A stretch of DNA of 54,965 nt, from NCBI GenBank assembly GCA_023410155.1, contig JAEYQF010000374.1, positions 1-54,965 of the forward strand. Direction: 5' to 3'. The DNA comes from Verrucomicrobiota bacterium. Lineage in GTDB: Bacteria > Verrucomicrobiota > Verrucomicrobiia > Opitutales > Opitutaceae. Shown here piece after piece: positions 1 through 8,924 of this stretch; the first letter of the stretch is position 1, and every line of letters starts with the position of its first letter. The position numbers were made by a program, and so were the translations under genes. The notes below the pieces were generated by a model. The model was given only the letters and a program-made list of their open reading frames with translations. It was not told the DNA's origin and did no database searches.

Positions 1-58
1 CCAATCGCGTTGAGGTCTTATCTGGGTGGTGTTTTGGCCGGCCGGCCAAACTCTCCGG

Positions 59-91
59 ATCGCGCCGAGAGGTGGCACGACTCGGGACGAA
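59..91 (+). repeat. Short degenerate copy (3 units) of the 11-bp-period intergenic repeat family
   Basis: atcgcgccgag|aggtggcacga|ctcgggacgaa aligns with gtcgcgccgag|atgcggcacga|ctcgagccatc in the 2597-2728 array. Confidence 0.5.
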
Positions 92-109
92 CTCTGGTGC
101 GAGACCGAA

Positions 110-304
110 CTACTTCGCCAAGGCCACCTGCAGGATTGCGATGGTGTGGACGGGGACGGTGGTGCGCTGGGTGCCGGCGGGCAGCGAAGTCGTGTGGTAT
201 TGCACCACGTTTTTGTCGGGCTGCTGGAGCGTGTTGGCGTCGTGAATCGGCAAATCGTGACGGTCAACTCGCGCCCGTGGCATCGGCGGAAGGGCTGACG
301 GCAC
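110..304 (-). pseudogene. Possible C-terminal remnant of an alpha-L-arabinofuranosidase (GH51-like)
   Basis: DANTLQQPDKNVV...VPVHTIAILQV resembles the xANTxxxPxxV...lPxHSvtvL end of GH51 C-terminal domains; no upstream catalytic domain. Confidence 0.3.
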
Positions 305-403
305 GCGACGTTTAGTCCGCCTCTCGCTGCCCAGTCGCGCGTGAAATATGCGGGCTGAGGTTGGACCGAATGATCCGCCCGGGGGGGCTTCCCCCCTCAG
401 GCT

Positions 404-946
404 TCAGCGTGGCGTGGTGTGGGCGGGATCTTCGATCGGGAACCAGATTTCGACGTCGCCCTTTCCTGCCACGGGGTCGTAAGCGGGGCCGTAACGCTCG
501 AAGAAGGCGGGAGCATCCGGTGTGTTGGAGTATGTTCCGCCGCCGGGCTGCTGAAGCCACGTGGTCTGGATGGCGTCGATCGTGTGGGACAGGGTCGAGA
601 CGTGTCCGTGGTGAGGAAACACTGCGTAGGTGAGCGCGGGCAGGCTGAGGCGCTGCATCTCCGCGGGCGCTTGCTCGAGGTCCAGCACCTCGACCGCGGC
701 GAGATACTCGATCCCGTTGGCGCCGGGGGCAGGGCGCAGGCACACGCCATAGGCGACGCCCTCGATCTCGCCGGGTATCCGGCCGAACTGCGGGGCGAGC
801 CGACCCCAGAGCTCGGGAATCTGGTGCATTGTCTCGCCCGTGAATGAGCCCTGATAGCCGAGCAACAGCATCGGCGAGCGGCGTTCGATACGCAGGGGCG
901 TGAGCGGGGCGGGCGAGTTGCTGGCGGGGCGTGCGGGATGCGTCAT
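404..946 (-). CDS. GyrI-like small-molecule-binding (AraC effector) domain protein
   Basis: IPELWGRL, YGVC, EYLAAVEV, YAVFPHHG, FFERYGPAYDP...VEIWFPI motifs; ATG at 946. Confidence 0.85.
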   Translation of the reverse strand: MTHPARPASNSPAPLTPLRIERRSPMLLLGYQGSFTGETMHQIPELWGRLAPQFGRIPGEIEGVAYGVCLRPAPGANGIEYLAAVEVLDLEQAPAEMQRLSLPALTYAVFPHHGHVSTLSHTIDAIQTTWLQQPGGGTYSNTPDAPAFFERYGPAYDPVAGKGDVEIWFPIEDPAHTTPR

Positions 947-1114
947 GGGGAAGGGTGGTCTCCATTCTCTACGAACAGGAAGTGGAAAACGGACTCGCGT
1001 TGCGGTTTTCTCCGAGGACGAAAAACCCTGAGGTCCGGTTCGCCGACTCTCGTTCGTGGAGAAGATAGGTAACTGCGGTGGGCGTCGACCGCTCAACTCT
1101 CAACTTCTTTCCCC

Positions 1115-1840
1115 ATGCCCGAATCCCTTCCTCATCCGCGCATCGCCTCTGCCGCCGAGTGGCGTGCGAAGCGCCTCGAATTGCTCGCCCGCGAGAAAGA
1201 AGCGACGCACCTGCGCGATCGCGTGGCGGCTGAGCGGCGGCGTCTGCCGATGGTGCGGATCGAGAAGGACTACGTGTTCGAGGGCCCGCAGGGACGTTTG
1301 CCGTTTGCCGAACTTTTCGAGGGGCGGCCCCAGCTCATCGTTTATCACTTCATGTTCGATCCGGCGTGGGAGAAGGGCTGCCCTGGCTGCACGGGTTTTG
1401 TCGACGCGCTGGGCGACCTGTCGTTGCTCGCGGAGCGGCGGACAAGTTTCGCGCTGATCGCACGGGCGCCGTTTGCGAAGCTCGATGCCTACCGCCGCCA
1501 GCGGGGCTGGGAGCGGACGCTGTTTTCGTCGTTCGGCAGCGATTTCAACTACGACTTCCACGTCACGCTCGATGCGAAGGTGCGCCCGCTCGAATACAAC
1601 TATCGCACGCCGGAGGAACTGCGCGCGGCTGGCCGTCCTCACGATCTCGATGGCGAGTGCCACGGGCTCAGTGTTTTCTTCCGCATCGGCGACGCGCTCT
1701 ATCACACGTATTCCACCTACGCTCGCGGCGTGGAGGATCTGGTGCACACCTACAGTCTGCTCGATGTCACGCCCTATGGCCGGCAGGAAGATTGGGAGGA
1801 CTCGCCAGCAGGATGGCCGCAGAAGCCGACCTACGGTTGA
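1115..1840 (+). CDS. DUF899 family thioredoxin-like protein
   Basis: [79 protein letters not shown]. Confidence 0.92.
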   Translation: MPESLPHPRIASAAEWRAKRLELLAREKEATHLRDRVAAERRRLPMVRIEKDYVFEGPQGRLPFAELFEGRPQLIVYHFMFDPAWEKGCPGCTGFVDALGDLSLLAERRTSFALIARAPFAKLDAYRRQRGWERTLFSSFGSDFNYDFHVTLDAKVRPLEYNYRTPEELRAAGRPHDLDGECHGLSVFFRIGDALYHTYSTYARGVEDLVHTYSLLDVTPYGRQEDWEDSPAGWPQKPTYG

Positions 1841-1855
1841 GAGGGCTCCGCAGAA

Positions 1856-2416
1856 CTACACCAGCGAGCGCGGTGGTCCGGTGTGCTCGTCGGGCGGAGT
1901 ATAAAACTGGTCGTGCGCGAGCAGTTTCAGCCGGTGCACCGCGAGGCTCAGGTCGGCGAAGAGCGCGCGCGTGACGTCGTCGGTCTGCTCCTCTTCCATA
2001 CGGCACTGCATGCGGAAAAATCGTTCGCCAAGGCCGCGTTTCGAGTCGTTGTCGCCCATGCGCTGCAGGAGCCGTCGCACCTGGTCGGAGAGTCGTCGCC
2101 CCTTTTTCACCAGCTTCAAGGCGGAGTCGGGCGGGAGTTCGCCGGCTTTGGTTTTCTTGAACACTCCGCATTCGAAAATGCGGCACTGTCGGGGTCGGTC
2201 GGGATAAACTCGGCAGCTGCGATCCGCACACAACGCCGCGCACGGCTGGGGAAACCGCGCCACAGGCTTGCGGCTCCGGGAAAACGTCACCGGCAGCCCG
2301 AGCGCGCGCAGACGCGCCGCATCGTCGCCCGGCTCGAGCTGCACGCCGTCGAACAGCGTGCCGTCGCAGCACATGCCGCAGGCGAGGCAAAGTTGTTCGA
2401 GTGAGTTCAGCGGCAC
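1856..2416 (-). CDS. YkgJ-family CxxCxxCC cysteine-cluster protein
   Basis: LCLACGMCCDGTLF, QPCAAL..CRVYPDRPRQCRIFEC; GTG start at 2416 inferred. Confidence 0.85.
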   Translation of the reverse strand: MPLNSLEQLCLACGMCCDGTLFDGVQLEPGDDAARLRALGLPVTFSRSRKPVARFPQPCAALCADRSCRVYPDRPRQCRIFECGVFKKTKAGELPPDSALKLVKKGRRLSDQVRRLLQRMGDNDSKRGLGERFFRMQCRMEEEQTDDVTRALFADLSLAVHRLKLLAHDQFYTPPDEHTGPPRSLV

Positions 2417-2596
2417 GATCCGGTCACGGGTTGCAAGAGGTGAGCTTCGCTCAGTGCGCGCGGGGACGGCGAGCCCGGAAGTCGTAAAAACTCCCGCCGG
2501 CGTGCCGCGCGATCTGCGGGCGTCTCGCGCCTCGATCTGCCACGGTAGCAATGTGGCTGGCGGCCGCCGCTGGTGCCGTGGCGATCTATCGCCGTC

Positions 2597-2728
2597 GTCG
2601 CGCGCGACTCGCGCCAATGTTCGTCCCGAGTCGCGCCACGTTGCGGACATGGTCGCGCCACGATGCGTCCTGCGTCGCGCCGAGATGCGGCACGACTCGA
2701 GCCATCGATCGGCTCGAATCGTGCCGTG
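2597..2728 (+). repeat. Intergenic tandem array of about 12 degenerate 11-bp units (alternating A/B, 22-bp period)
   Basis: gttcgtcccga|gtcgcgccacg|ttgcggacatg|gtcgcgccacg|atgcgtcctgc|gtcgcgccgag|atgcggcacga|ctcgagccatc. Confidence 0.85.
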
Positions 2729-2736
2729 CGCACATT

Positions 2737-3573
2737 TCACTTGGCGAAATCGGTGGAGACCGAGAGTTCGCGATGGGCGGCGAGAGCTTGGCGCATCGTT
2801 TCCACCCGCTGCTCCGCGAGCCCGAGCGCGTCGCTACCAAGCACGAGGTGCAGCGGAGGCGTGGGCATCGTGGCGACGTTCATCAGCACATCGGCGAGTT
2901 TTTCCGGATCGCCGGGTTGGTGGCCGCTGATTCCGCCGGACACGTGTTGTTCGACGAGATCGTGCGCGGACTGGTAGTCAGCGATGGGCGTGGCGGGCAC
3001 GGCTGGTGAGCCCGCGGCGAGAAACTCGGTGCGGAAATAGCCGGGATAAACGCAGGTGACATTCACGCCCAGGCCGGCGAGGTCGCCGTGCAAGCCCTCG
3101 CTCAGGCCCGCGACCGCGAACTTCGTGGCGCAATACACGCCGAAGCCGGGAAACGCCGCGGTGATGCCGGCGATGGACGCGATGTTGAAGATGTGTCCGG
3201 CGCGCTGCTGGCGCAGGTGCGGCAGCGTGGCGCGCAAGACGTTGAGCAGGCCGAAGACGTTCACGTCGAAGTTGGCACGCGCTTCGGCGTCGCTCACTTC
3301 CTCGACCGCGCCGAACTGGCCGTAGCCGGCGTTGTTCACGACGACATCCAGGCCGCCGAAGTGTGCGATCGTCTGCTGCACGGCCGCGCGCACGCTGGCC
3401 TCGCTATTCAGGTCGACTTCGAGCGGGAGGACGTTGGCGCCGAGTTTTGCGACGAGGGCGCTCTTGGAGCGCGAGGTCACGGCGACCTTGGCGCCGGCGT
3501 GGGCGAGCTTTTGGGCGAGACGGAGGCCGAGGCCCTTGGAGCCGCCCGTGATGAACCAGATGCTGTCCTTGAT
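2737..3573 (-). CDS. SDR family oxidoreductase (no canonical start codon upstream of the Rossmann motif)
   Basis: WFITGGSKGLG, NNAGYG, YCATK, PGDPEK; the frame extends past the ORF-track GTG (3480) to an ATC at 3573. Confidence 0.9.
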   Translation of the reverse strand: MKDSIWFITGGSKGLGLRLAQKLAHAGAKVAVTSRSKSALVAKLGANVLPLEVDLNSEASVRAAVQQTIAHFGGLDVVVNNAGYGQFGAVEEVSDAEARANFDVNVFGLLNVLRATLPHLRQQRAGHIFNIASIAGITAAFPGFGVYCATKFAVAGLSEGLHGDLAGLGVNVTCVYPGYFRTEFLAAGSPAVPATPIADYQSAHDLVEQHVSGGISGHQPGDPEKLADVLMNVATMPTPPLHLVLGSDALGLAEQRVETMRQALAAHRELSVSTDFAK

Positions 3574-3651
3574 ATGGGAGAGGTTGTGTTTCGTGGCACC
3601 GATATGATGTCACAGATGGACACGGGATTGGTAGACTGGAGCGCCGGATCG

Positions 3652-3667
3652 CTTGCCTAATCCTCCG
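3652..3667. promoter_or_regulatory. Candidate binding box for the YqhC-type AraC in the divergent SDR/AraC spacer
   Basis: cttgcctaatcctccg lies between the divergent genes and resembles boxes I recall near this regulator class; unverified. Confidence 0.3.
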
Positions 3668-3670
3668 AGT

Positions 3671-4555
3671 GTGGTGATATCTCGGCTCGTGCAGGACCTG
3701 ATCGAGATCGCGAAGCGGCATGTGCCGAAGGACGGCTTTCACGCCACGCTGATCCCGAGCCTGCAGATCGTGCGCAGCGGAGCGCCCTCGGAGCCGGTGC
3801 CAGCAGTGTATCGATCCTCGCTGTGCTATGTGCTTCAAGGCGTGAAGGAAACGTCGGTTTCGGGCCGCACGTATCGCTATCGCGCAGGCGAGTATCTGGT
3901 GTCCTCGGTGGATCTGCCGGTGACCGGCGAAATCATCGAAGCGACAACGGGGCGGCCTTATCTCTGTCTCGTGATCTCGATCGATGCGCCGCTGGTTTAC
4001 GACGTCCTGCAAACCATGCCGATGCGGATGGAGGCAGGCTCGCAATCGGGCCTCTATGTGGGGCGGGCCGAGCCGGTATTGACGGATGCGGTGGCGCGAT
4101 TCGTCCGTTGTCGCGATTCGAGCAGCGACCGCGTGGTGCTCGTGCCGGGGATTTTGCGGGAGATCGTTTATCGGCTGCTCGCCAGTCCGTTTGGCCCGAT
4201 GGTCGCGGATCTCGGCATGACCGGCAGTCGCACCCAGCGAATCAATCGCGCGATCGCGCATCTGAAGAACCGCTTCGCCGAGCCGCTGCGCGTCACTGAT
4301 CTCGCGCCGCTCGCGGGCATGAGTGTGTCCACGTTTCACGAACATTTGCGACGAATCACCACGCTGAGTCCGGTCCAGTATCAGAAGCTCCTGCGCCTGC
4401 AGGAAGCGCGGCGCTTGCTCGTGGCAGACGGCGCCGGCGCGGCGGACGTCGGATTCCGCGTGGGCTACCAGAGCCCCTCACAATTCAGCCGGGAGTATGC
4501 GCGGTTGTTTGGCCATCCGCCGTCGGTGGATCTGCGGGAGCGGATGACGGCGTGA
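3671..4555 (+). CDS. AraC family regulator, YqhC-like (AraC_N + HTH)
   Basis: LCYVLQGVK, YLVSSVDLPV, PYLCL, REIVYRLL, AGMSVSTFH, SPVQYQKLLRLQEAR, VGYQSPSQFSREYARLFG; start uncertain. Confidence 0.92.
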   Translation: MVISRLVQDLIEIAKRHVPKDGFHATLIPSLQIVRSGAPSEPVPAVYRSSLCYVLQGVKETSVSGRTYRYRAGEYLVSSVDLPVTGEIIEATTGRPYLCLVISIDAPLVYDVLQTMPMRMEAGSQSGLYVGRAEPVLTDAVARFVRCRDSSSDRVVLVPGILREIVYRLLASPFGPMVADLGMTGSRTQRINRAIAHLKNRFAEPLRVTDLAPLAGMSVSTFHEHLRRITTLSPVQYQKLLRLQEARRLLVADGAGAADVGFRVGYQSPSQFSREYARLFGHPPSVDLRERMTA

Positions 4556-4637
4556 TTGCGTGCCGGTCGCGCGACACGCCGGCCTGCAGCATCCATGCAC
4601 GGCTTGTTTTCGCGGGACGGGCACATTCCTTCCCGGC

Positions 4638-5348
4638 ATGACTTCGGCGGGAACACCAGTGGGCTTCGACGAGAAGAATGCCGCGACTTACGACGAGCGT
4701 TTCGCGGGAATCAGTGCGACGCGCGAGTCGCTGTGGTTGCAGGTTCGTGCGCTGTTCGCCGACCTGCCCTCCGCTGCGCGCATCCTCTGCGTCGGCGCGG
4801 GCACGGGGCAAGAGATGCTCGCGCTGGCTCCGCATTTCCCGGGCTGGCACTTCACCGCGGTCGAGCCGTCCGGGCCGATGATGGCGATCGCACAGAAACG
4901 CGCGGCCGAGCACGGATTCGCGGAGCGTTGCACGTTTCACCAAGGTTATCTCGACACGCTGCCGTCGGGAGAGCCGTTCGAGGCGGCGACATGCCTGCTG
5001 GTGTCGCAGTTTCTCGTGGAGCGGGCGGCTCGTCGCGCGTTCTTCCGCCAGATCGCGGAGCGGCTGAGGCCCGGCGGCCGACTGGTGAACGCCGACCTCA
5101 GCGGCGATCGCACCGCGCCGGAGCACGCGCAACTCGAGACCGTGTGGTTCCGCTTGATGGAGATCGCGGGCATCGCGCCCGACCAGCATGCCCACATGCG
5201 GCAGGCGTGGCAAAGTCACGTCGACTTCCTGCCGGTGTCAGAGTTGGAGCGGTTGATCGCATCGGCCGGCTTCGACCCACCGGTGCTGTTCTCGCAAACG
5301 TTGCTCATCCGCGCGTGGTTCGCGCGCCGGAGCCTGGCGGTGACGTAG
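4638..5348 (+). CDS. Class I SAM-dependent methyltransferase
   Basis: ILCVGAGTGQE, FTAVEPSGPM, FEAATCLLVSQF, RLRPGGRLVNADL. Confidence 0.9.
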   Translation: MTSAGTPVGFDEKNAATYDERFAGISATRESLWLQVRALFADLPSAARILCVGAGTGQEMLALAPHFPGWHFTAVEPSGPMMAIAQKRAAEHGFAERCTFHQGYLDTLPSGEPFEAATCLLVSQFLVERAARRAFFRQIAERLRPGGRLVNADLSGDRTAPEHAQLETVWFRLMEIAGIAPDQHAHMRQAWQSHVDFLPVSELERLIASAGFDPPVLFSQTLLIRAWFARRSLAVT

Positions 5349-5362
5349 GTGGTCGGCGTGGC

Positions 5363-5998
5363 TCAGAACTTCTTGAACGCGCCGAGTGAGAGTTTGGCTT
5401 CAACCAAGGAGTAATAGAAGCCGTCGAGATATCCGCTGAAGTTGGCCGAGGTCGGATTCGCGATGCCCCTGTATTTGGATTTGGTGCCGCTGACGTTTAG
5501 CTTGATCGGCACCATCCCGGCGCAAAGCGCGGTATACCCTTGGTATTCCACGATCAGGTAGTAAGCACCGCGGCCGGCGAAGCTGCCGCTCGCCTTGCCG
5601 TTCTTGAAAGCGACCTTGCCCGACGTCGTGCCGGCTGCGCTCTCCAGATAGACGATCGAATCGAGCGACGCGGTTCGGCCGTTCTTGTGCCGCAGTCGAA
5701 ATCGCGGGCCATGCTGGACGAAGACGCCCTCCATCTGAGCGTCGTAATAGCAGACCAAGCTCCAGCCGGACGTGGGGGAGATGATCTTCCGGCGCACGCA
5801 TTCTTTCAGGATCTCTGCGTTCCTGATCTTGATCACAGTCTCACTCACAGAAACCCCGCTGGATTTTGGCACGGGTTGGTTCATCGCGGTGACAGTCGCA
5901 GCGAGGGTGAGCGGTGCTTCGACAATATAGGCCGCGAATGCCGGAATGCTGAGCAGGAGAAACGCCGGCGCGATGCGCGTGAGAAGTTTGATGAGCAT
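5363..5998 (-). CDS. Hypothetical secreted Lys-rich beta-strand protein
   Basis: Signal peptide MLIKLLTRIAPAFLLLSIPAFA; coherent protein composition; ends in Phe. Confidence 0.7.
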   Translation of the reverse strand: MLIKLLTRIAPAFLLLSIPAFAAYIVEAPLTLAATVTAMNQPVPKSSGVSVSETVIKIRNAEILKECVRRKIISPTSGWSLVCYYDAQMEGVFVQHGPRFRLRHKNGRTASLDSIVYLESAAGTTSGKVAFKNGKASGSFAGRGAYYLIVEYQGYTALCAGMVPIKLNVSGTKSKYRGIANPTSANFSGYLDGFYYSLVEAKLSLGAFKKF

Positions 5999-6227
5999 GG
6001 ATCGGAGCGGGGGTTGCGGTGTTGCTGGACGACAGGAACCTGTCAGGCCCATCGCGCAGGCCAAGATTCCCGTCCGGGAAAATGTCCCGGTTTTGCGGAT
6101 CGCCCATTCAGACCGACGGAGCGGAGCCAAGTTAGGGCGGAGATGCTACACTTGGCTCACACCGGTCCCCCCTGGAGTGCGATTTTCACTCTTCAACTCG
6201 GTCCGGGGCCACGGCAGGATCGGTGGC

Positions 6228-7352
6228 ATGTCCCTGGGTTTCGTCCGCGTGTTCACGTTTCTTTCCTCACTCCTGGTGACGGCTTCGCTCGCCGCTGAGT
6301 CGCTCTCCCTACAACCGCTCGCCGACGCTTCCGCGCTGGCGCCTGCTCCGCTGAAGATCGGCGGACGCGTGGTCCCGACGAGGAATTCCGACGGAGCCGC
6401 GGCTTACCGGCTCCAGTGGCCCGGTGTCTATTTCGAGACGGCATTTTCCGGGAAGCGCGCGGCAATCCAGGTCGGCGAGGGCAACGCCATCTACCAGGTG
6501 CGCGTTGACGGCGCGCCGGCTCTCACGCTCGTCAAACCCGCGCCGGGCCTCTACGCCGTGGAAGGACTCGCCGACGGTGCGCACACCGTGCGTGTGACGG
6601 TCGTGTCGGAAAACCAGGCCAACGCGGTTAACTTCGGCGGGATCCTCGTCGCGGCCGAGGCGGCTCCGCGCGCAACGCCGGCGCTCGCCCGCCGGATCGA
6701 GTTCATCGGCGATTCCCACACCGTCGGCTACGCCAATACGTCCACCACGCGTGAATCTGCCGGCGACACCGTCTGGCTCACGACGGACAACTCGCAGGCG
6801 TTTGGGCCGCTTGTGGCGGCGCATTTTGGCGCGGAGTATCAGGTCAACGCGATCTCGGGGCGAGGCATCGTGCGCAACTATAATGGCGGCGGTGGCGCCA
6901 CGCTGCCGCAGGCTCATCCGTTTGCGTTGTTCGATGGAAAAACGCCGGTCCGCGAGACCGACTGGCAGCCGCACGTCGTGGTGATCGGGCTGGCGACCAA
7001 CGATTTCTCCACGCCGCTGAATCCAGGTGAGAAATGGAAAACGCGCGACGAGCTGCACGCGGACTACGAGGCGACCTACGTGGCGTTCGTGCGGGAGCTG
7101 CGCGCACGCTATCCGCGAGCGTTCTTCGTTCTCGCCGCCAATGACATGGCCGAAGGTGAGATCCAGCGTGAGGTGAAGAAAGTCGCGGAGCGGCTGATCG
7201 CGTCCGGCGAGCAACGGGTGGCCTTCGTGGTCTATCCGGCGATGGAGCTGACCGCGGCCGACTGGCATCCGTCGCTCGACGATCACCAGCTGATGGCGCG
7301 CACCCTGATCGCACTGCTCGAATCGCGCCCCGACGTTTGGGCTGAGCGCTGA
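6228..7352 (+). CDS. SGNH/GDSL carbohydrate esterase family 2 (acetylxylan esterase-like)
   Basis: Signal peptide, LQWPGVYFETAF CE2 N-domain, RIEFIGDSHTVGY, AISGRG, GLATNDF, DWHPS. Confidence 0.85.
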   Translation: MSLGFVRVFTFLSSLLVTASLAAESLSLQPLADASALAPAPLKIGGRVVPTRNSDGAAAYRLQWPGVYFETAFSGKRAAIQVGEGNAIYQVRVDGAPALTLVKPAPGLYAVEGLADGAHTVRVTVVSENQANAVNFGGILVAAEAAPRATPALARRIEFIGDSHTVGYANTSTTRESAGDTVWLTTDNSQAFGPLVAAHFGAEYQVNAISGRGIVRNYNGGGGATLPQAHPFALFDGKTPVRETDWQPHVVVIGLATNDFSTPLNPGEKWKTRDELHADYEATYVAFVRELRARYPRAFFVLAANDMAEGEIQREVKKVAERLIASGEQRVAFVVYPAMELTAADWHPSLDDHQLMARTLIALLESRPDVWAER

Positions 7353-7681
7353 GCGGCTGGGACCTCGGCACGGGAAACCACGGAGAACCTCGCAGCTATT
7401 GTGTGGCTGGACGCGCGAGCATGAGACTTGGACGCGCGGGCAGGAACCGGCGCGAAAAGGCGAGAGCTTCCGGATGTGCGGTCATGGTGACGTGGCGTCA
7501 GGTCCGGTAATCTGAGGGCACGCTGCTTTCGCACCGCGCACTGCGGGAGCGAGCACCGTTCCCCTATGATTGCATCCCTCTTGTTCTCACTCGCGCCGCG
7601 GTTCTTGCCAAGGCGCCGACGCCAGGCCGTAAAGGCGTTTGCGTGCTCGCGCCGACGGGTTTTTTCGACTGAGGATGGGCT

Positions 7682-8920
7682 ATGCGCTTCCTTGCCCTGC
7701 TTGCGCTTCTGGTCACTTCGTCTGCGGTCGCGAGAGATCTCGCTTTTGTCGGTGCCACGGTATTCCCGGGTCCCGGATCGGAAGCACTTTCGGATGCGGT
7801 GGTGCGCGTGCGCGAGGGGCGTATCGCGGCCGTGGGGCCGCGCGAGGGCGTGCCGTTGCCCGAGGGGGTCGAAGTGATCGACTGCAGCGGGAAGTTCATC
7901 ACCGCCGGGTTCTGGAACTCGCACGTGCATATCTTCACGCCCGATCTGCTCCACGTGCGCGACACGCCGGTGGAGCAGCTCGAATCTTCGATCGAGGGAA
8001 TCTTCACGCGGTGGGGGTTCACCACGGTTTTCGATGTGGCTTCCGACGTGGAAAACACGCTGGCGCTGCGCGAGCGGATCGAACGCGGCGAGGTGCGAGG
8101 CCCGCGGATCCTGACCGTGGGTCAGCCTTTCTGGGTGAAGACACCGATTTACGTGGTCGACTATTTGATCGCACACCGGATCGCGATTCCACCGACGACG
8201 ACGGCGGAAGAAGCGGTGGCACGCGTGACGTCACTCGCCGACCGCGGGGTGGATGGCATCAAGGTCTTCACCGGTTCCGTGCAGGGGCGGGGCGCGGTGG
8301 CGAACATGGATGTGGGCCTCGTGCGGGCAGTCACGGCCGAGGCTGGCCGGCGGAGGCTGCCGGTCTTTTCTCATCCGCAGAATGCGGAGGGCCTGGAGGC
8401 GGCGATCGAAGGCGGGGTGAATATCCTCGCCCACACGGCACCACAGTCGCCGCCGTGGACGCCGGAGTTTGTCGCGCGGATGCGGCAGGCGCGGATCGCA
8501 CTCATCCCGACGCTCACGTTGCTCCGCGTCGAGGGAGAGCGCGGACAGGTGCCGGCCGAGATCGTGCGGCGCTGGACCGAGCACGCGTTGGAGCAGGTGC
8601 GCGCGTTCCATGCGGGCGGAGGAGAAATTCTGTTCGGGACCGACGTCGGTTACATCGATCACTTCGATACGGCAGAGGAGTTTCAGTGGCTCGCGAAGGC
8701 CGGGCTTGATTTTCCCGCGATGCTCGAATCGCTCACGACGGCGCCGGCGGCGCGGTTTGGTGGACCCGGACAAAACGGCCGGATCGAGAAGGGCAGTGCC
8801 GCCGACCTGGTGGTGCTGGCGGGCGATCCGCGTCAGGATGTGACGGCGCTTGCGCGCGTGCACGCGACCGTGCGTGGCGGGAAGTTCATTTACCGCGCGA
8901 ACTCGTCGCGCGCGGAGTGA
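7682..8920 (+). CDS. Secreted amidohydrolase superfamily protein
   Basis: AGFWNSHVH, WGFTTVFD, GPRILTVG, DGIKVF, FGTDVG, GRIEKGSAADLVVL. Confidence 0.9.
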   Translation: MRFLALLALLVTSSAVARDLAFVGATVFPGPGSEALSDAVVRVREGRIAAVGPREGVPLPEGVEVIDCSGKFITAGFWNSHVHIFTPDLLHVRDTPVEQLESSIEGIFTRWGFTTVFDVASDVENTLALRERIERGEVRGPRILTVGQPFWVKTPIYVVDYLIAHRIAIPPTTTAEEAVARVTSLADRGVDGIKVFTGSVQGRGAVANMDVGLVRAVTAEAGRRRLPVFSHPQNAEGLEAAIEGGVNILAHTAPQSPPWTPEFVARMRQARIALIPTLTLLRVEGERGQVPAEIVRRWTEHALEQVRAFHAGGGEILFGTDVGYIDHFDTAEEFQWLAKAGLDFPAMLESLTTAPAARFGGPGQNGRIEKGSAADLVVLAGDPRQDVTALARVHATVRGGKFIYRANSSRAE

Positions 8921-8924
8921 TGTA

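Noticed and set aside
7353..7681. Possible ncRNA in the 330-bp intergenic gap
   Set aside because: Only a short direct repeat (tggacgcgcg twice) is visible; no recognisable RNA family or terminator.
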